DNA from: a virus
Lineage: Duplodnaviria; Caudoviricetes
IMG/VR virus record: IMGVR_UViG_3300005326_000121
Span: 1-25,193 of that record
Strand: one strand, 5' to 3'
Length of the DNA: 25,193 bases
Shown here: piece after piece, positions 24,822-25,193 of the stretch
How positions within the stretch are numbered: the first letter of the stretch is position 1
Layout of the letters: each line of letters starts with the position of its first letter
Program-made: the position numbers and the translations under genes
The notes under the pieces: model-generated
Told to the model about the DNA's origin: nothing
The model's input: only the letters and a program-made list of their open reading frames with translations
Database searches by the model: none

Positions 24822-25193
24822 ATGAGCGACTTTCAGAAAGAGAGCGAAGCTTCGCCTCCTTCGCACAAAGGGCTGGTAAATTTCTTTTTCGAGCTGGGAA
24901 TGCTTAAGAAGACGCCCCGCTCCGGCTACCAGTTCCTGGGCTCGGGTGGCGAATCGGTTGCGGACCACTCCTTTCGCGCATCCCTCATCGGCTACACCCT
25001 GGCCCGCCTGACTCCGGGATCGGATCTCCTCAAGGTGATCTCTCTTTGCCTCTTTCACGACGTACCGGAATCGCGAACGGGCGATCTCAATTATGTGAAC
25101 AAAAGATACGTGAAGCCGGACGAAGAGCTGGCCGTGGCGGATCTCGCCGCCACGGGGCCTTTTGGCGGCGCGGATCAGGCTCCCATGAAGGAA
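24822..25193 (+). CDS. HD-domain hydrolase (YfbR/5'-deoxynucleotidase-like), runs off window end; absent from ORF track
   Basis: FFELGMLKKTPRSGY...ESVADHSFR...LFHDVPESRTGD. Confidence 0.88.
   Translation, partial: MSDFQKESEASPPSHKGLVNFFFELGMLKKTPRSGYQFLGSGGESVADHSFRASLIGYTLARLTPGSDLLKVISLCLFHDVPESRTGDLNYVNKRYVKPDEELAVADLAATGPFGGADQAPMKE

Noticed and set aside
1-25193. CRISPR array, rRNA/tRNA genes, reverse transcriptase/DGR, integron integrase
   Set aside because: No repeat-spacer array, RNA gene signature, RT motif or tyrosine recombinase motif seen in the window

Overview
Bases 1-24257 are the left ~24 kb of a Mu-like transposable prophage, read mostly on the minus strand. From right to left it carries: the left end with three putative transposase sites, an accessory gene, an XRE repressor, Ner-like and CII-like regulators, MuA transposase, MuB ATPase, a semi-essential early region (two GemA paralogs, Gam, Zn-finger proteins), a toxin-antitoxin pair, holin-like genes, terminase, portal, MuF, protease/scaffold, cement protein, major capsid protein and gp36. 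The phage has inserted into a host acetolactate synthase large-subunit-like gene (3' remnant 24258-24728), followed by a host HD hydrolase. The most unusual feature is an integrase-less array of integron attC sites in the early region (10812-13245). Two cassettes are defined by matching R'/R'' boxes. One holds a 59-aa ORF; the other (~2 kb) holds a complete antirepressor module. A consensus parS site sits in a hairpin at the head of the array. Other points: an in-frame UGA at a CPxC position, an 8-bp tandem repeat that could fuse portal to MuF, an HExxH-extended MuF, and an 11-bp repeat cluster upstream of the transposase. All family calls are from motif recognition by eye, not database searches.
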